A stretch of 64,000 nucleotides of DNA from an uncultured Candidatus Rokubacteria bacterium (GTDB lineage: Bacteria; Methylomirabilota; Methylomirabilia; Rokubacteriales; DASRDR01): the NCBI GenBank assembly GCA_963708025.1, contig CAVPSB010000012.1:352001-416000 (forward strand), given 5' to 3'. The translations under genes and the position numbers were made by a program. Below, piece after piece: positions 39,610 through 49,416 of the stretch. Numbering within the stretch: position 1 is the stretch's first letter; each line of letters opens with the position of its first letter. Under the pieces are notes generated by a model that saw only the letters and a program-made list of their open reading frames with translations, ran no database searches and was not told the DNA's origin.

Positions 39610-41232
39610 ATGCGGGCACGCCGCCTGACGCTCGTCCTGGCCGGCATCGTGGCCGGGGTCCTCGCTCTGGCCGGCGGTCTCCTGCTGAGCCTCCCGTTCC
39701 TGATCGACCTGCCGCGCGTCCAGAGCCTGCTCCGCCTCGAGGCGAGCCGGCTCGTCGATCGGCCCGTCCGCTTCGAGCGCGTCTCGGTGTCGCTGTGGCC
39801 GCTGCCGGCGATCCGGGTGCGCGGCCTCACCGTCGCCGACGCGCCGGGCTTCGGCCCCGACCCGTTCCTGAGCGTCGAGGACGCCCGGGTCCGCGTCCGC
39901 CTCCTCTCGCTCCTGCGGGGACGGCTCTCGTTCGGTGAGGTGACCTTGACCCGGCCGCGCGTCGTCGTCGAGCAGCGACGGGACGGCGCCTGGAACCTCC
40001 CGGCTCCCGGCGGAGGGCGGCCAGGCCCCGCGGCCCCGTTCGCCCTCGTCTCGCGCATGCGTCTCGAGGACGGGAGGGTGGAGATCCGCCTGCCGGCCGA
40101 GACCGGCGGGACGTCCCTCGCGCATCTGGTGGACCGCATCGACGTCGCGCTGGAGGACCTGGGCTGGATCCTGCCGATCCGCCTCCGGGCGACCGCCCGC
40201 CTGCCCGGCGGGGGTCTCGTCGTCGGCCTGGAGGGGCAGGTCGGGCCCCTGGCCGCCGCCGGGGCCGATCTTGCCGCGCTTCCCGCGCGACTGGCGGCCC
40301 GCTTCGCGGCCGAGGAGGCCCGGGCCGCCGGCGCCGGCGGGCTGGGCCTGACGGGCCGGGGGGAAGGCGAGATCCGCGCCGAGGGCCCGCTCGGCAACAT
40401 GGTAGGCGGCGGGCAGCTCCGCTTCGCCCGGCTCACCCTCACCCAGTCGCCGACGTCTTGCGCCCGGCGGGAACCCCACCGCCTCGTGCTGGAAGCCGTC
40501 GAGCTGCCCGTTCGCATCGCCGGACCGAAGGTGACGGTGGAGCCGTTCGCGTTCCGGGTGGCCGGGGGCACCGTCCAGGGCTCGGCGCGCCTCACCTGGC
40601 GGGCCGGGGTTCCGGGGGTCCGCCTCGCCGACGTGCGGGTGCAAGGCGTGTCGGCGGAGCCGGTGCTGGTTGACTTCCTCTGCCAGCCATACGCCGTGAC
40701 AGGGCGGATCGATGGCGCGGGCGAGGTCGAGTTCTCCGGCACGGGCCCGGAGCTGCTTCGTACCGCTCGGGGGTCCTGGCAGGCCGAGTTCGGAGCCGGC
40801 CGCCTGGTGGGACCGGCCGCCCTCAGCCTCCTGTCCGGGGCGATCCGGGTGGGCACGGCGCTCTACTCGGTCGCGAACCTGGACGCCCCGGCCGTCCTCT
40901 TGGCCTCGCCGATCGAGTTTCAGTCCCTGACCGCCTCGGGGTTGACGGGTGAGGGTCAGCTCCGGGTCACCCAGCTCGCGATGCAGAGCCAGCGCCTCCG
41001 CGTGACCGGGAGTGGCACCTACGGGCTCCTCGACACGCGTCTGGACTTCAAGCTCGACGTGAAGAGCGGACGCTCGACGTTCGGTGTCAAGGTCGGCGGG
41101 ACCACCCGGGAGCCGACTTACGCGGCGGAGCCCCGCGGACTCCTCAAGACCCTGACCGAGTTGCTGGGCGCCGCACGCTCGCCGAAGGCGCGCACCTCGC
41201 CAGCCCCTCCCGCCTCCACCGGGGCCCGGTAG
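39610..41232 (+). CDS. AsmA-family protein
   Basis: N-terminal TM, SLWPLPAI, RVRLLSLLRG, DGAWNL, C-terminal GSG...L....LDF and VGGT..EP. Confidence 0.85.
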   Translation: MRARRLTLVLAGIVAGVLALAGGLLLSLPFLIDLPRVQSLLRLEASRLVDRPVRFERVSVSLWPLPAIRVRGLTVADAPGFGPDPFLSVEDARVRVRLLSLLRGRLSFGEVTLTRPRVVVEQRRDGAWNLPAPGGGRPGPAAPFALVSRMRLEDGRVEIRLPAETGGTSLAHLVDRIDVALEDLGWILPIRLRATARLPGGGLVVGLEGQVGPLAAAGADLAALPARLAARFAAEEARAAGAGGLGLTGRGEGEIRAEGPLGNMVGGGQLRFARLTLTQSPTSCARREPHRLVLEAVELPVRIAGPKVTVEPFAFRVAGGTVQGSARLTWRAGVPGVRLADVRVQGVSAEPVLVDFLCQPYAVTGRIDGAGEVEFSGTGPELLRTARGSWQAEFGAGRLVGPAALSLLSGAIRVGTALYSVANLDAPAVLLASPIEFQSLTASGLTGEGQLRVTQLAMQSQRLRVTGSGTYGLLDTRLDFKLDVKSGRSTFGVKVGGTTREPTYAAEPRGLLKTLTELLGAARSPKARTSPAPPASTGAR

Positions 41233-41358
41233 CGCCGGGCCGCCCTGTGGCGTGTCGGCCCCTGCGGGCGCGTGCACGCGTTTTCCAGAGTGTGCTACGC
41301 TGGCACTGTCTCCAGCGTGACAGAAGCCAGGTAAACCGGTCAGGGAAGCGAAGGGGCC

Positions 41359-41520
41359 GTAGCGTGCCGTCCGGCTCCCCATCCCCCGGGTGGGAAGGGG
41401 GCTGGGGGAGTAGGCGGCAGGCCGCGAACTGAGAAAGTCTGAAGGAATGGGGTCCTCCGGCTCCCCTCCCCCCGGTGGGTGGGGGAGGGGGGTTGGGGGG
41501 TGGGCGGGAGGTCCCGAAAG
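41359..41520 (+). repeat. Two tandem copies of repeat family A
   Basis: TAGCGTGCC...GTAGGCGGCAGG followed by TGAGAAAGTCTGAAGG...GGGCGGGAGGTCCCGAAA. Confidence 0.8.
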
Positions 41521-41532
41521 ATCGTTGGGCCC

Positions 41533-42651
41533 ATGGACCAGTGGTCGGTCGAGTTCGGGTGGTCGCTGAAGGAACGGGTCGTGGCGAGCGTGGAGCAGGG
41601 GATCGTGGCCCTGGATTGCCAGGGCCGGGTCCTGCTGGCGAATCCGGCCGCGCGCTCCCTGCTCGGCCTCGGAGAGGAAGTGGAGGGACGGTCCGTCGTC
41701 GATCTCCTCGGCGAGGTCCCCGAGATCGTGCGGCTCGGGACCGCCGGTGCCGGATCCGCCGGCCCGAGCGAGTGGCAGGAGGTCGATGCCCTCATCGGGG
41801 GCCGGCCGCGGGTGCTGGGCATCCAGGCGGCGCCGCTGGCCGGCGGGGGCTCGCCGGGGGCGCCCGCGGGCGTGGTCCTCTCGATCACCGACCTCACCCG
41901 GTCCCGGGAGGCCGAGGCCGCGCGACGGGTGGCGATCCTCGATGGCCTCGGCCGGCTGGGCCGTCACCTCGCGCACGAGCTGAAGAACCCTCTCGGCGCC
42001 CTCAAGCTCTACGTGCTGCTGCTCGAGCGCCAGATCCAGCAGGAGAAGCCCGACGGCCGGGAGCTGGTCGGGAAGATCGCCCGGGCCACCGATGAGCTCT
42101 CGGGTGTGATCGACGAGATCATGACGCTCGGCCTGCCGGGCTCCCTCGAACGGACCCCCGTCGCGCTCGGCGGCCTGATCGAGGACTGCCTGGCGGCCGT
42201 GTCGGAGCGCGTCGCGGCGCTGGGCGTCCGGGTGGTCCGCGGCGGGGCGGAGGACCTGGAGGTGCCGGCGGACCCCCGTCTCCTCCGGCAGGCGCTGCGG
42301 GCGCTCATCGAGAACGCGCTGGACGCGATGCCCTCGGGCGGGACCCTCACGCTGTCCTGCCTCCGGGCGGCGTCGGGCGCGGCAACGGAGATCGAGCTCC
42401 TGGTGTGCGACACCGGGACGGGGATGTCTCGCGAAGTGCAGGCACGGGTCTTCGAGCCGTTCTTCTCGACGAAGACGAGGACGGATGGGACCGGGCTCGG
42501 GATGACCATCGCGAGCCATTTCATCGGGCTACACGGCGGCCGGATCGAGATACGCAGCGGGCCCGGCGACGGCACCGTGGTTCGCGTCGCCCTGCCCACT
42601 ACGGCACAGGTGGAGGATCATGGCAGAAGGACGGATTCTGGTCGTCGATGA
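41533..42651 (+). CDS. PAS-domain sensor histidine kinase (NtrB-like, cytoplasmic)
   Basis: GIVALD..G.V..ANPAA, LAHELKNPL, ENALDAM, DTGTG, FEPFFSTK, GTGLG. Confidence 0.9.
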   Translation: MDQWSVEFGWSLKERVVASVEQGIVALDCQGRVLLANPAARSLLGLGEEVEGRSVVDLLGEVPEIVRLGTAGAGSAGPSEWQEVDALIGGRPRVLGIQAAPLAGGGSPGAPAGVVLSITDLTRSREAEAARRVAILDGLGRLGRHLAHELKNPLGALKLYVLLLERQIQQEKPDGRELVGKIARATDELSGVIDEIMTLGLPGSLERTPVALGGLIEDCLAAVSERVAALGVRVVRGGAEDLEVPADPRLLRQALRALIENALDAMPSGGTLTLSCLRAASGAATEIELLVCDTGTGMSREVQARVFEPFFSTKTRTDGTGLGMTIASHFIGLHGGRIEIRSGPGDGTVVRVALPTTAQVEDHGRRTDSGRR

Positions 42652-43987
42652 CGAAGAGTCGATAGCCGATTCGTTCCGGGCGGTGCTGCAGGACGACGGC
42701 TACACCGTCCGGACGGCGGGGTCGGCGGCGCGCGCGCTGGCCGAGGTCGAGCGGGCGGACTGGGACCTGGCATTCGTGGATCTCGTGCTGCCCGACATGG
42801 ATGGGCTGGAGCTGCTCAAGAAGCTCAAGGCCCGGCGGCCGGGACTGCTGGCGGTGGTCATCACCGCCCACGGCTCCGGCGCCAAGGGATTCGCGGCCCG
42901 GGAGGCCGGCGCCTACGCCTTCCTGGAGAAGCCCGACGACATGGTGCCCGAGAAGATCCTGACCGTCGTGGCGAACGCGCTCGAGCACAAGAACCTGCGC
43001 GAGACGATCTACGGCCGGAGCGGCTACGGCAACATCGTCGGGCGCTCGCCGGCCATGCAGAAGGTCTTCGAGCTGCTCGACACGGTGGCGTCGGTGGACG
43101 CCAACGTGCTGATCGTCGGCGAGTCGGGAACCGGGAAGGAGCTGGTCGCCAACGCCATCCACTACGCCAGCCCCCGGGCCGACGGGCCTTTCATCAAGAT
43201 CAACTGCGCGGCCTTGCCCAAGGATCTCATCGAGTCGGAGCTGTTCGGCTACGCCAAGGGCGCCTTCACCGGCGCCACCGCGGACAAGCCCGGACTCTTC
43301 GAGGAGGCCCACCGGGGCTCCCTCCTGCTCGACGAGATCGCCGAGATGCCCGCCGACCTCCAGGCCAAGCTCCTGCGGGTCCTCGAGGAGCGCAAGTTCC
43401 GGCGTCTCGGCACCTCCCGCGACATCGAGGTGGACTTCCGGCTGATCTCGTCCACCAACCGGGATCCCGAGGCCGCCGTGCGGGAGCTGCGCCTCCGGGA
43501 GGATCTCTACTACCGCATCAACACGGTGACGCTGCGCATCCCGCCCCTCCGCGAGCGGCCCGAGGACCTCTCGATGCTGGCCGACCACTTCGTCAAGCGC
43601 TTTGCCGAGAAGCACGCGCGCGGGGTGAAAGGCATCGCGTCCGACGCCTACCAGGCGGTCCTCGGCTATGCCTGGCCGGGGAACGTCCGGGAGCTGGAGC
43701 ACGCCGTGGAGCGGGCGATCCTGGTCGCTCGGGGCGCCGAGATCACGGTCGGCGACCTGCCGGAGGTCGTGACCCGGAGCCGACCGGTGGGCGCGCCGGC
43801 GGCCCCCGAGGCGCCGGCCACGACGCCGGCGACCCTCAACCTGGAGGAACGGGAGCGGCAGGCCATCCTTCAGGCGCTCGAGAACACGAACTGGAACAAG
43901 CAAGCGGCGGCGGCCTTGCTGGGGCTGCACCGCCCGACCCTGTACTCGAAGATGCGGAAGCACGGCGTCCCCCAGAAGCGCCAGTAG
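42620..43987 (+). CDS. Sigma54-dependent response regulator (NtrC family)
   Basis: Receiver domain, GESGTGKE, GAFTGA, WPGNVRELE, Fis-type HTH. Confidence 0.95.
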   Translation: MAEGRILVVDDEESIADSFRAVLQDDGYTVRTAGSAARALAEVERADWDLAFVDLVLPDMDGLELLKKLKARRPGLLAVVITAHGSGAKGFAAREAGAYAFLEKPDDMVPEKILTVVANALEHKNLRETIYGRSGYGNIVGRSPAMQKVFELLDTVASVDANVLIVGESGTGKELVANAIHYASPRADGPFIKINCAALPKDLIESELFGYAKGAFTGATADKPGLFEEAHRGSLLLDEIAEMPADLQAKLLRVLEERKFRRLGTSRDIEVDFRLISSTNRDPEAAVRELRLREDLYYRINTVTLRIPPLRERPEDLSMLADHFVKRFAEKHARGVKGIASDAYQAVLGYAWPGNVRELEHAVERAILVARGAEITVGDLPEVVTRSRPVGAPAAPEAPATTPATLNLEERERQAILQALENTNWNKQAAAALLGLHRPTLYSKMRKHGVPQKRQ

Positions 43988-44138
43988 TGCCCCGCGCGCG
44001 CAGCGGGCGGGGCCGCGGGGCCGGCCGGCCCTTGCGGCCCCCGCCGCCGTGTGCCAGAATGGCTTCCGTCCGAACAGGCGGCCCCCAGCGCGGGGCCGTG
44101 CGCGTTTCCCCAACCCCTTCGACACGGGAGAGTCGTCC

Positions 44139-45266
44139 ATGACGACCGCCGGCCCCAATTCCGGCCTCGAGGACGTTGTCGTCTCCACCTCCGAGATCTG
44201 CTTCATCGACGGGGATCGAGGGCGCCTGCTCTACCGCGGCTACGACATCCACGACCTGGTGGCCCAGTCGACGTTCGAGGAGACGGTATACCTCCTGTGG
44301 CACGGCCGGCTCCCGAAGCGGGAGGAGCTGGAACGGTTCCGGAAGGCCCTCACGACCCAGCGACGGCTCCCGCCCAAGGTGCTGGCGCTCCTCAAGAGCT
44401 TCCCGAAGAAGGCCGACCCGATGGACGTCGTCCGGACGGCGGTGTCGGCCCTGGGGCTCCACGATTCCGACAGTGCGGACAACTCCCGGGAGGCCAACCT
44501 CCGCAAGGCGATCCGCATCCAGGCGCAGATCCCCACCGTCGTCGCCGCCTGGGCCCGCATCCGGAAGGGCCGGCCGCCGGTGGCGCCGAACGCCCGGCTC
44601 AGCCTGGCCGCCAACTTCCTGTACATGCTCTTCGGCAAGAAGCCGAGCGACCTGGCCGCCAAGGCCATGGACACGGCGCTGATCCTGCACGCGGACCACG
44701 AACTGAACGCCTCGACCTTCGCGGCCCGGGTCACGGTGGCGACCCTGTCGGACATCTACTCGGGCATCGTCTCCGGGATCGGCGCCCTGAAGGGTCCGCT
44801 CCACGGCGGCGCCAACGTGGGCGTCATCCGGATGCTGCTGGAGATCGGGGAGATCGACCGCGCGGAGGCCTGGATCAAGAGCGCCCTGGCCCAGAAGAAG
44901 CGCATCATGGGCTTCGGGCACCGGGTCTACCACACGGAGGACCCGCGGGCCACGCACCTGCGGCGGCTGTCCGAGGCCCTCGGCCGCGAGGCCGGCGACC
45001 TCCGTTGGTACGAGATGTCGCGGATCGTCGAGCGGGTGGTCAAGGAGCAGAAGGGGCTGAACCCCAACGTCAACTTCTACTCGGGCTCGACGTACTACTC
45101 GATGGGGATCGACCCCGACCTCTACACCCCGATCTTCGTTGTCTCGCGAGTGTCGGGCTGGACAGCCCACATCCTCGAGCAGCAGTCGAACAACCGCCTC
45201 ATCCGGCCGCGGGCCGAGTACATGGGCCCGCGGCAGGCGAGTTACGTCTCGCTCGACCGGCGCTGA
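44139..45266 (+). CDS. gltA: Citrate (or 2-methylcitrate) synthase; catalytic Asp position reads Asn
   Basis: GLEDVV, LLYRGY, HADHELNASTF, GPLHGGAN, MGFGHRVY, PNVNFYSG, NRLIRP. Confidence 0.9.
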   Translation: MTTAGPNSGLEDVVVSTSEICFIDGDRGRLLYRGYDIHDLVAQSTFEETVYLLWHGRLPKREELERFRKALTTQRRLPPKVLALLKSFPKKADPMDVVRTAVSALGLHDSDSADNSREANLRKAIRIQAQIPTVVAAWARIRKGRPPVAPNARLSLAANFLYMLFGKKPSDLAAKAMDTALILHADHELNASTFAARVTVATLSDIYSGIVSGIGALKGPLHGGANVGVIRMLLEIGEIDRAEAWIKSALAQKKRIMGFGHRVYHTEDPRATHLRRLSEALGREAGDLRWYEMSRIVERVVKEQKGLNPNVNFYSGSTYYSMGIDPDLYTPIFVVSRVSGWTAHILEQQSNNRLIRPRAEYMGPRQASYVSLDRR

Positions 45267-45413
45267 CGCGCGCGGTCGGTGCTTCCGGCTGCGCGACCCG
45301 CGCTGACATCATCGGAGCTTCCGCGCCCCCGTCGGGGAAAACCCCGCTGGCAGCGGCGGCTGCCCGGCTCTATGATCCCCGGTGACAAAATCCCCGAGAG
45401 GAGAGGTTTTTCC

Positions 45414-46463
45414 ATGCGACGACTCCTGATGGCGGTGGGTCTGATCGCCCTGGCGGCGGCCCCCGCTTGGGCCGACGCGGTGATCGAGCGATACTCGCGG
45501 AGCGACGGCTTCGCGGGCATGGGCGCGTTCGAGAACACGACCATCCAGACGACGGCGGCGACGGCGCAGCGCGAGGAGAGCCACCTGAAGTTCACCGGCG
45601 GCTTCATGAGCGCCGTCCAGAAGATGGCCGGGATCGGCGGGTCGATCCGGATCACCCGGCTGGACCGCGACCTGGTCTGGACCCTCGATCCGGAGAAGAA
45701 GACGTACACCGAGAGTCCGCTGACGGCCCGGGGCGAGCGCGAGCGTCCGAGCCCGACCCAGCCCCGGCCCGGCGACCAGCGCCCGAAGGACAAGGGCGAG
45801 CCGTCGGACGTGGTGATCACCCGGAACGAGTTCAAGGTCGAGAAGACCGGCGCCAGCAAGGCGATCAACGGGTTCCCGTGCGACGAGTACCTGATGACGT
45901 GGCTCGTGGAGACGAAGAACACGAAGACGGGCGAGACCGGCAAGAGCCTGATGACCAACCGGCTGTGGACCACGACGGAGACGCCGGAGATCCGGGCGGT
46001 CCAGGCCGAGGAGCAGACGTATGGCCGGGCGTATCTGAAGAAGATCGGCATGGACGTCTCGCCGGCCGAGGCGCAGAAGTTCCTGGCCGGCCTGCGCGGG
46101 GTCGGCGAGGAGGAGCAGCAGAAGGCGCTGGCCAAGCTGGGCGGGGAGCTGTCCAAGATTCACGGCTACACGATCGTGACCGACCTGGCCTGGACGGGCG
46201 AGGGGAGCGGCGGCGAGGCCAAGGAGGGCGGTGCGCCGCGGAGCGGGGGCGGCCAGCCGGGCATGGGCGAGCTGATGGGCCAGCTCGGCAAGCTCCTCGG
46301 CGGCGGGGGCCAGAAGAAGAGCGGCTCGGAGCCGGCGGCCTCGGGGGGCGAGGAGAAGAAAGGGGCGCTCTTCAGCCTCTACTCCGAGGTGAAGAGCATC
46401 CGGACCCTGCCGGCCGACCCGACCCGGTTCGAGGTGCCGGCCGGCTTCACCCTCAAGAAGTGA
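45414..46463 (+). CDS. Exported hypothetical protein (DUF4412-like)
   Basis: Signal peptide ..AWA-D, ITRLDRDLVWTLDP.KKTY, KTG.SK.INGFPC.EY, FEVPAGF. Confidence 0.75.
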   Translation: MRRLLMAVGLIALAAAPAWADAVIERYSRSDGFAGMGAFENTTIQTTAATAQREESHLKFTGGFMSAVQKMAGIGGSIRITRLDRDLVWTLDPEKKTYTESPLTARGERERPSPTQPRPGDQRPKDKGEPSDVVITRNEFKVEKTGASKAINGFPCDEYLMTWLVETKNTKTGETGKSLMTNRLWTTTETPEIRAVQAEEQTYGRAYLKKIGMDVSPAEAQKFLAGLRGVGEEEQQKALAKLGGELSKIHGYTIVTDLAWTGEGSGGEAKEGGAPRSGGGQPGMGELMGQLGKLLGGGGQKKSGSEPAASGGEEKKGALFSLYSEVKSIRTLPADPTRFEVPAGFTLKK

Positions 46464-46516
46464 GATGAACGCGAGGGGCGCGTTCCGCCGACCACGTCCC
46501 GCGTCGCGCTTGCGGG

Positions 46517-46592
46517 GCGCCCCCCCTCCCCCCGCCACAGGCCGAAGGCCGTCCGATCGGTGGGGAGGGGTCGGGGGTGGGGGTGGATCCAA
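46517..46592 (+). repeat. Repeat family A copy with GGCCGAAGGCC module, ending just before the dapF ATG
   Basis: CCCCCCCTCCCCCCGCCACAGGCCGAAGGCCGTCC...GGTGGGGAGGGG. Confidence 0.8.
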
Positions 46593-47471
46593 ATGACCCG
46601 GTTCACCAAGGGCCACGGCCTCGGCAACGACTACCTGGTCATGGCCGAGGGCGACCTCGATTTCCCGCTGGCGCCCGCCGCGATCCGCTGGATCTGCCAC
46701 CGCAACTGGGGCGTGGGGTCGGACGGCATCCTCCTGCGGACCCACTCGGCCGCCGCCGACGTCGGCCTCCGCATCTTCAACCCGGATGGGAGCGAGGCGG
46801 AGAAGTCCGGCAATGGCCTCCGCATCTTCGCCAAGTACATGTGGGAGCGCGGCGCCCTCCGGAAGTCGCCCATGCGCATCGAGACCAAGGGCGGTCTGGT
46901 CGAGGCGGTGTGCCACCTGAGCGGGGAGTCGGTCACCGAGGTGACGGTCGAGATGGGCCGGGCCACCTTCCTGGCCCCCGAGATCCCGATGCACGGGCCC
47001 GAGCGCGAGGTGGTGGCGGTGCCGCTCCAGGTCGGCGAGCGGTTCTTCACGGTGACCTGCGTCCAGGTCGGGAACCCGCACTGCGTGGTGTTCACCGATC
47101 GGCTCGACGAGGCCGAGGTCCGCGTGTGGGGGCCGCGGATCGAGACGCATCCGAGCTTCCCCAACCGCATCAACGTCCAGTTCGCCCGCGTCCTCGCGCG
47201 GGACCGCATCGAGATCCGGATCTGGGAGCGGGGGGCCGGCTACACGCTGGCCTCCGGCTCCTCGTCGTGCGCGGTCGCGGCCGCCGCCGTCCGGAACGGA
47301 CTCACCGACGGCCGGATGACTCTCCTCATGCCGGGAGGGGAGCTGGGGCTCGAGGTGCGGCCCGACTGGTCGATCCGGCTGCGCGGCCCGGTCGCCGAGG
47401 TCTGTGAGGGCGCCCTGGCACCCGACCTGCTCGACAGCCTCCGCCGGAAGGCCCCGCTGCCCTTCGAGTGA
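46593..47471 (+). CDS. dapF: Diaminopimelate epimerase, serine-pair variant
   Basis: FTKGHGLGNDY, GVGSDG, IFNPDGSEAEKSGNG, GNPHCV, INVQF, WERGAGYTLASGSSSCA. Confidence 0.9.
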   Translation: MTRFTKGHGLGNDYLVMAEGDLDFPLAPAAIRWICHRNWGVGSDGILLRTHSAAADVGLRIFNPDGSEAEKSGNGLRIFAKYMWERGALRKSPMRIETKGGLVEAVCHLSGESVTEVTVEMGRATFLAPEIPMHGPEREVVAVPLQVGERFFTVTCVQVGNPHCVVFTDRLDEAEVRVWGPRIETHPSFPNRINVQFARVLARDRIEIRIWERGAGYTLASGSSSCAVAAAAVRNGLTDGRMTLLMPGGELGLEVRPDWSIRLRGPVAEVCEGALAPDLLDSLRRKAPLPFE

Positions 47472-47573
47472 GAGCGTGTGAAGGAACGGATTCTCCGACT
47501 CCCCCTCCCCCCGGGTCAAAGGCCGAAGGCCGTCCAACAATCGGGGAGGGGGGGTGGGCGGGAGGTCCCGAAC
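47469..47573 (+). repeat. Repeat family A copy between convergent dapF and sthA
   Basis: TGAGAGCGTGTGAAGG...GGCCGAAGGCC...GGGCGGGAGGTCCCGAA. Confidence 0.85.
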
Positions 47574-47578
47574 TGTGG

Positions 47579-49012
47579 CTAGGTCCGGGTGGCCGGCGCC
47601 GGGGACTCGCCGGCCTTGAGCCGGGCGAGGTTCTGGAGCCCGTTGTAGGCGGCGTACTTGTAAGCTTCGCCGAGGGTCGGGTAGTTGAAGACGGTCTGGA
47701 TGAAGAAGTCCAGCGTGCCGCCGAGCTGCAGACAGCACTGGCCGACGTGGACCAGCTCGGAGGCGTTCTCGCCGATGACGTGCACGCCCAGGAGCCGCTG
47801 GTCCTCCGGCGAGAAGATCAGCTTGAACTCGCCGCCGAGATCGCCGATGATTTGGCCCCGCGCGTTGTCGGCGTAGAAGGCCCGGCCGACGCAGTAGGTC
47901 AGGTTCTTCTGCCGGCAAGTCTCCTCCGTCTCCCCGGCCATGGCCACCTCGGGAATGGTGTAGACCGCGAGCGGGAGCACCGGCGAGACCCGCGTCTTGT
48001 ACTTGAGGTCGAAGGCGTGGCACATGGCCACCCGGGCCTGCTCCATCGAGACCGCCGCCAGCGCCGGGAAGCCGATGACGTCGCCGGCCGCGTAGACGTG
48101 CGGCACCTCGGTCTGGTAGTGCTCGTTCACCTTCAGGAGCCCCCGGGCGCCGGCGGTGAGGCCAGCCCTCTCCAGCGCCAGGCCGTCGGTGTTGCTCAGG
48201 CGGCCCGTCGCCATCAGGACCTTGTCCACCTCCAGTCGCTCACCGGTGGAGAGGGTCAGGCGCACCGAGTCCGTCAGGAGCTCGTACCGCTCCGCGTTGA
48301 CGCCGAGCCGCATGCGGACACCAACGCGCTCCATCTGCTCGCGCAGGCGGGTCGAGATCTCCTCGTCGAGGAACGGCAGGATCCTCTCCCCTTTCCCGAA
48401 CAGCGTGAGCGCGATCCCGAGCGCGGCGAAGATCCCCGCGTACTCGCAGCCAATCACGCCGGTGCCGACCACCGCCAGGCTCCGGGGCAGCCGGTCCATC
48501 TGGAGGATCGTGTCGCTGTCCAGGATGAGCCGGCCGTCGAACGGGATGTCCGGCGCGCGGAAGGGGCGGGAGCCGGTCGCGATCAGGATGAAGCGGCCCC
48601 GGAGCAGACGGTCCGGCGCGCCCTCTTGAGAGACCCGGATGGTGTGCGGGTCCTCGAAGCGGCCGAGCCCGTGGGCGAGCGTGACCTTGTGTCGCTCCAG
48701 GTTCTCGGCCACCTTGGCGCGAAGGGCGGCCACCACCTCCTCTTTCCGGAACATGAAGTCCCGGACGTTGAGGTCCGGCTTCACGGTGTAGTCGACGCCG
48801 TAGAGCCCCCGGGTGCCCAGCCCCGAGAAGTAGAGGGCCGTCTCCCGCAGCGTCTTGGACGGGATGGTGCCGGTGTTGATCCCGGTCCCGCCGACGTAGG
48901 GCTCGCGCTCGATCACGGCCACGCGATTGCCGAAGTAGGCGGCCTGGGCCGCGCCCTTCTCGCCAGCGGGACCGGCGCCGAGGATCACCAGGTCGTACTG
49001 TTCGATGCTCAC
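47579..49012 (-). CDS. sthA: Soluble pyridine nucleotide transhydrogenase
   Basis: GAGPAG, GTIPSKTLRE, GTGVIGCEYA, GDVIGFPALA, VFNYPTLGEAYK. Confidence 0.88.
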   Translation of the reverse strand: MSIEQYDLVILGAGPAGEKGAAQAAYFGNRVAVIEREPYVGGTGINTGTIPSKTLRETALYFSGLGTRGLYGVDYTVKPDLNVRDFMFRKEEVVAALRAKVAENLERHKVTLAHGLGRFEDPHTIRVSQEGAPDRLLRGRFILIATGSRPFRAPDIPFDGRLILDSDTILQMDRLPRSLAVVGTGVIGCEYAGIFAALGIALTLFGKGERILPFLDEEISTRLREQMERVGVRMRLGVNAERYELLTDSVRLTLSTGERLEVDKVLMATGRLSNTDGLALERAGLTAGARGLLKVNEHYQTEVPHVYAAGDVIGFPALAAVSMEQARVAMCHAFDLKYKTRVSPVLPLAVYTIPEVAMAGETEETCRQKNLTYCVGRAFYADNARGQIIGDLGGEFKLIFSPEDQRLLGVHVIGENASELVHVGQCCLQLGGTLDFFIQTVFNYPTLGEAYKYAAYNGLQNLARLKAGESPAPATRT

Positions 49013-49094
49013 CGCATCCGGAGGCATTCCAGCTGAATCCTTTCCTTGCTTCCTCGAAGCGCCGAAGCCACGACGCTCATCGGCCCCGCCCGCG

Positions 49095-49412
49095 TCATCC
49101 GCCGCTGACGGCGGCCAGGATCCACACCTCGGCCCCATCCGGTAGCGGCGTGGCCAGGCCCCCGGTCAGGCGGATGCTCTCGGTCTCCACGAACACGTTG
49201 ACGTGCGGCCGGACCTCGCCCTGCTCGGTGAGCACCCGATCCCGGAGACCGGGACAGGTTGCCCACAGCGCCTCGAGGGCTGCCGCGACGGTCGGGGTCG
49301 GGGCCTGCACCTCCACCCGGCTCCGGCCGCCGGCGAGCCCCTGCAGCGGGGCCGGCAGGTGCACGCGGACCGGTCGGGCGGGGGGGCCGGAAGGAATCGT
49401 GGGTCGGCTCAC
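49095..49412 (-). CDS. MoaD/ThiS ubiquitin-like protein
   Basis: VRVHLP..L, TV..AL..L, RPHVNVFV, C-terminal AVSGG. Confidence 0.88.
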   Translation of the reverse strand: MSRPTIPSGPPARPVRVHLPAPLQGLAGGRSRVEVQAPTPTVAAALEALWATCPGLRDRVLTEQGEVRPHVNVFVETESIRLTGGLATPLPDGAEVWILAAVSGG

Positions 49413-49416
49413 GCGG

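Noticed and set aside
41296-41358. SRP-like ncRNA or sigma54 promoter upstream of the kinase
   Set aside because: TGGCAC lacks the -12 GC at the right spacing and the SRP domain IV consensus is not matched
39310-42519. Very long antisense or alternate-frame ORFs (for example 1069 aa here, 904 aa at 45309-48023, 781 aa at 61376-63721)
   Set aside because: Shadow ORFs typical of high-GC DNA, overlapping well-supported genes and lacking recognisable motifs
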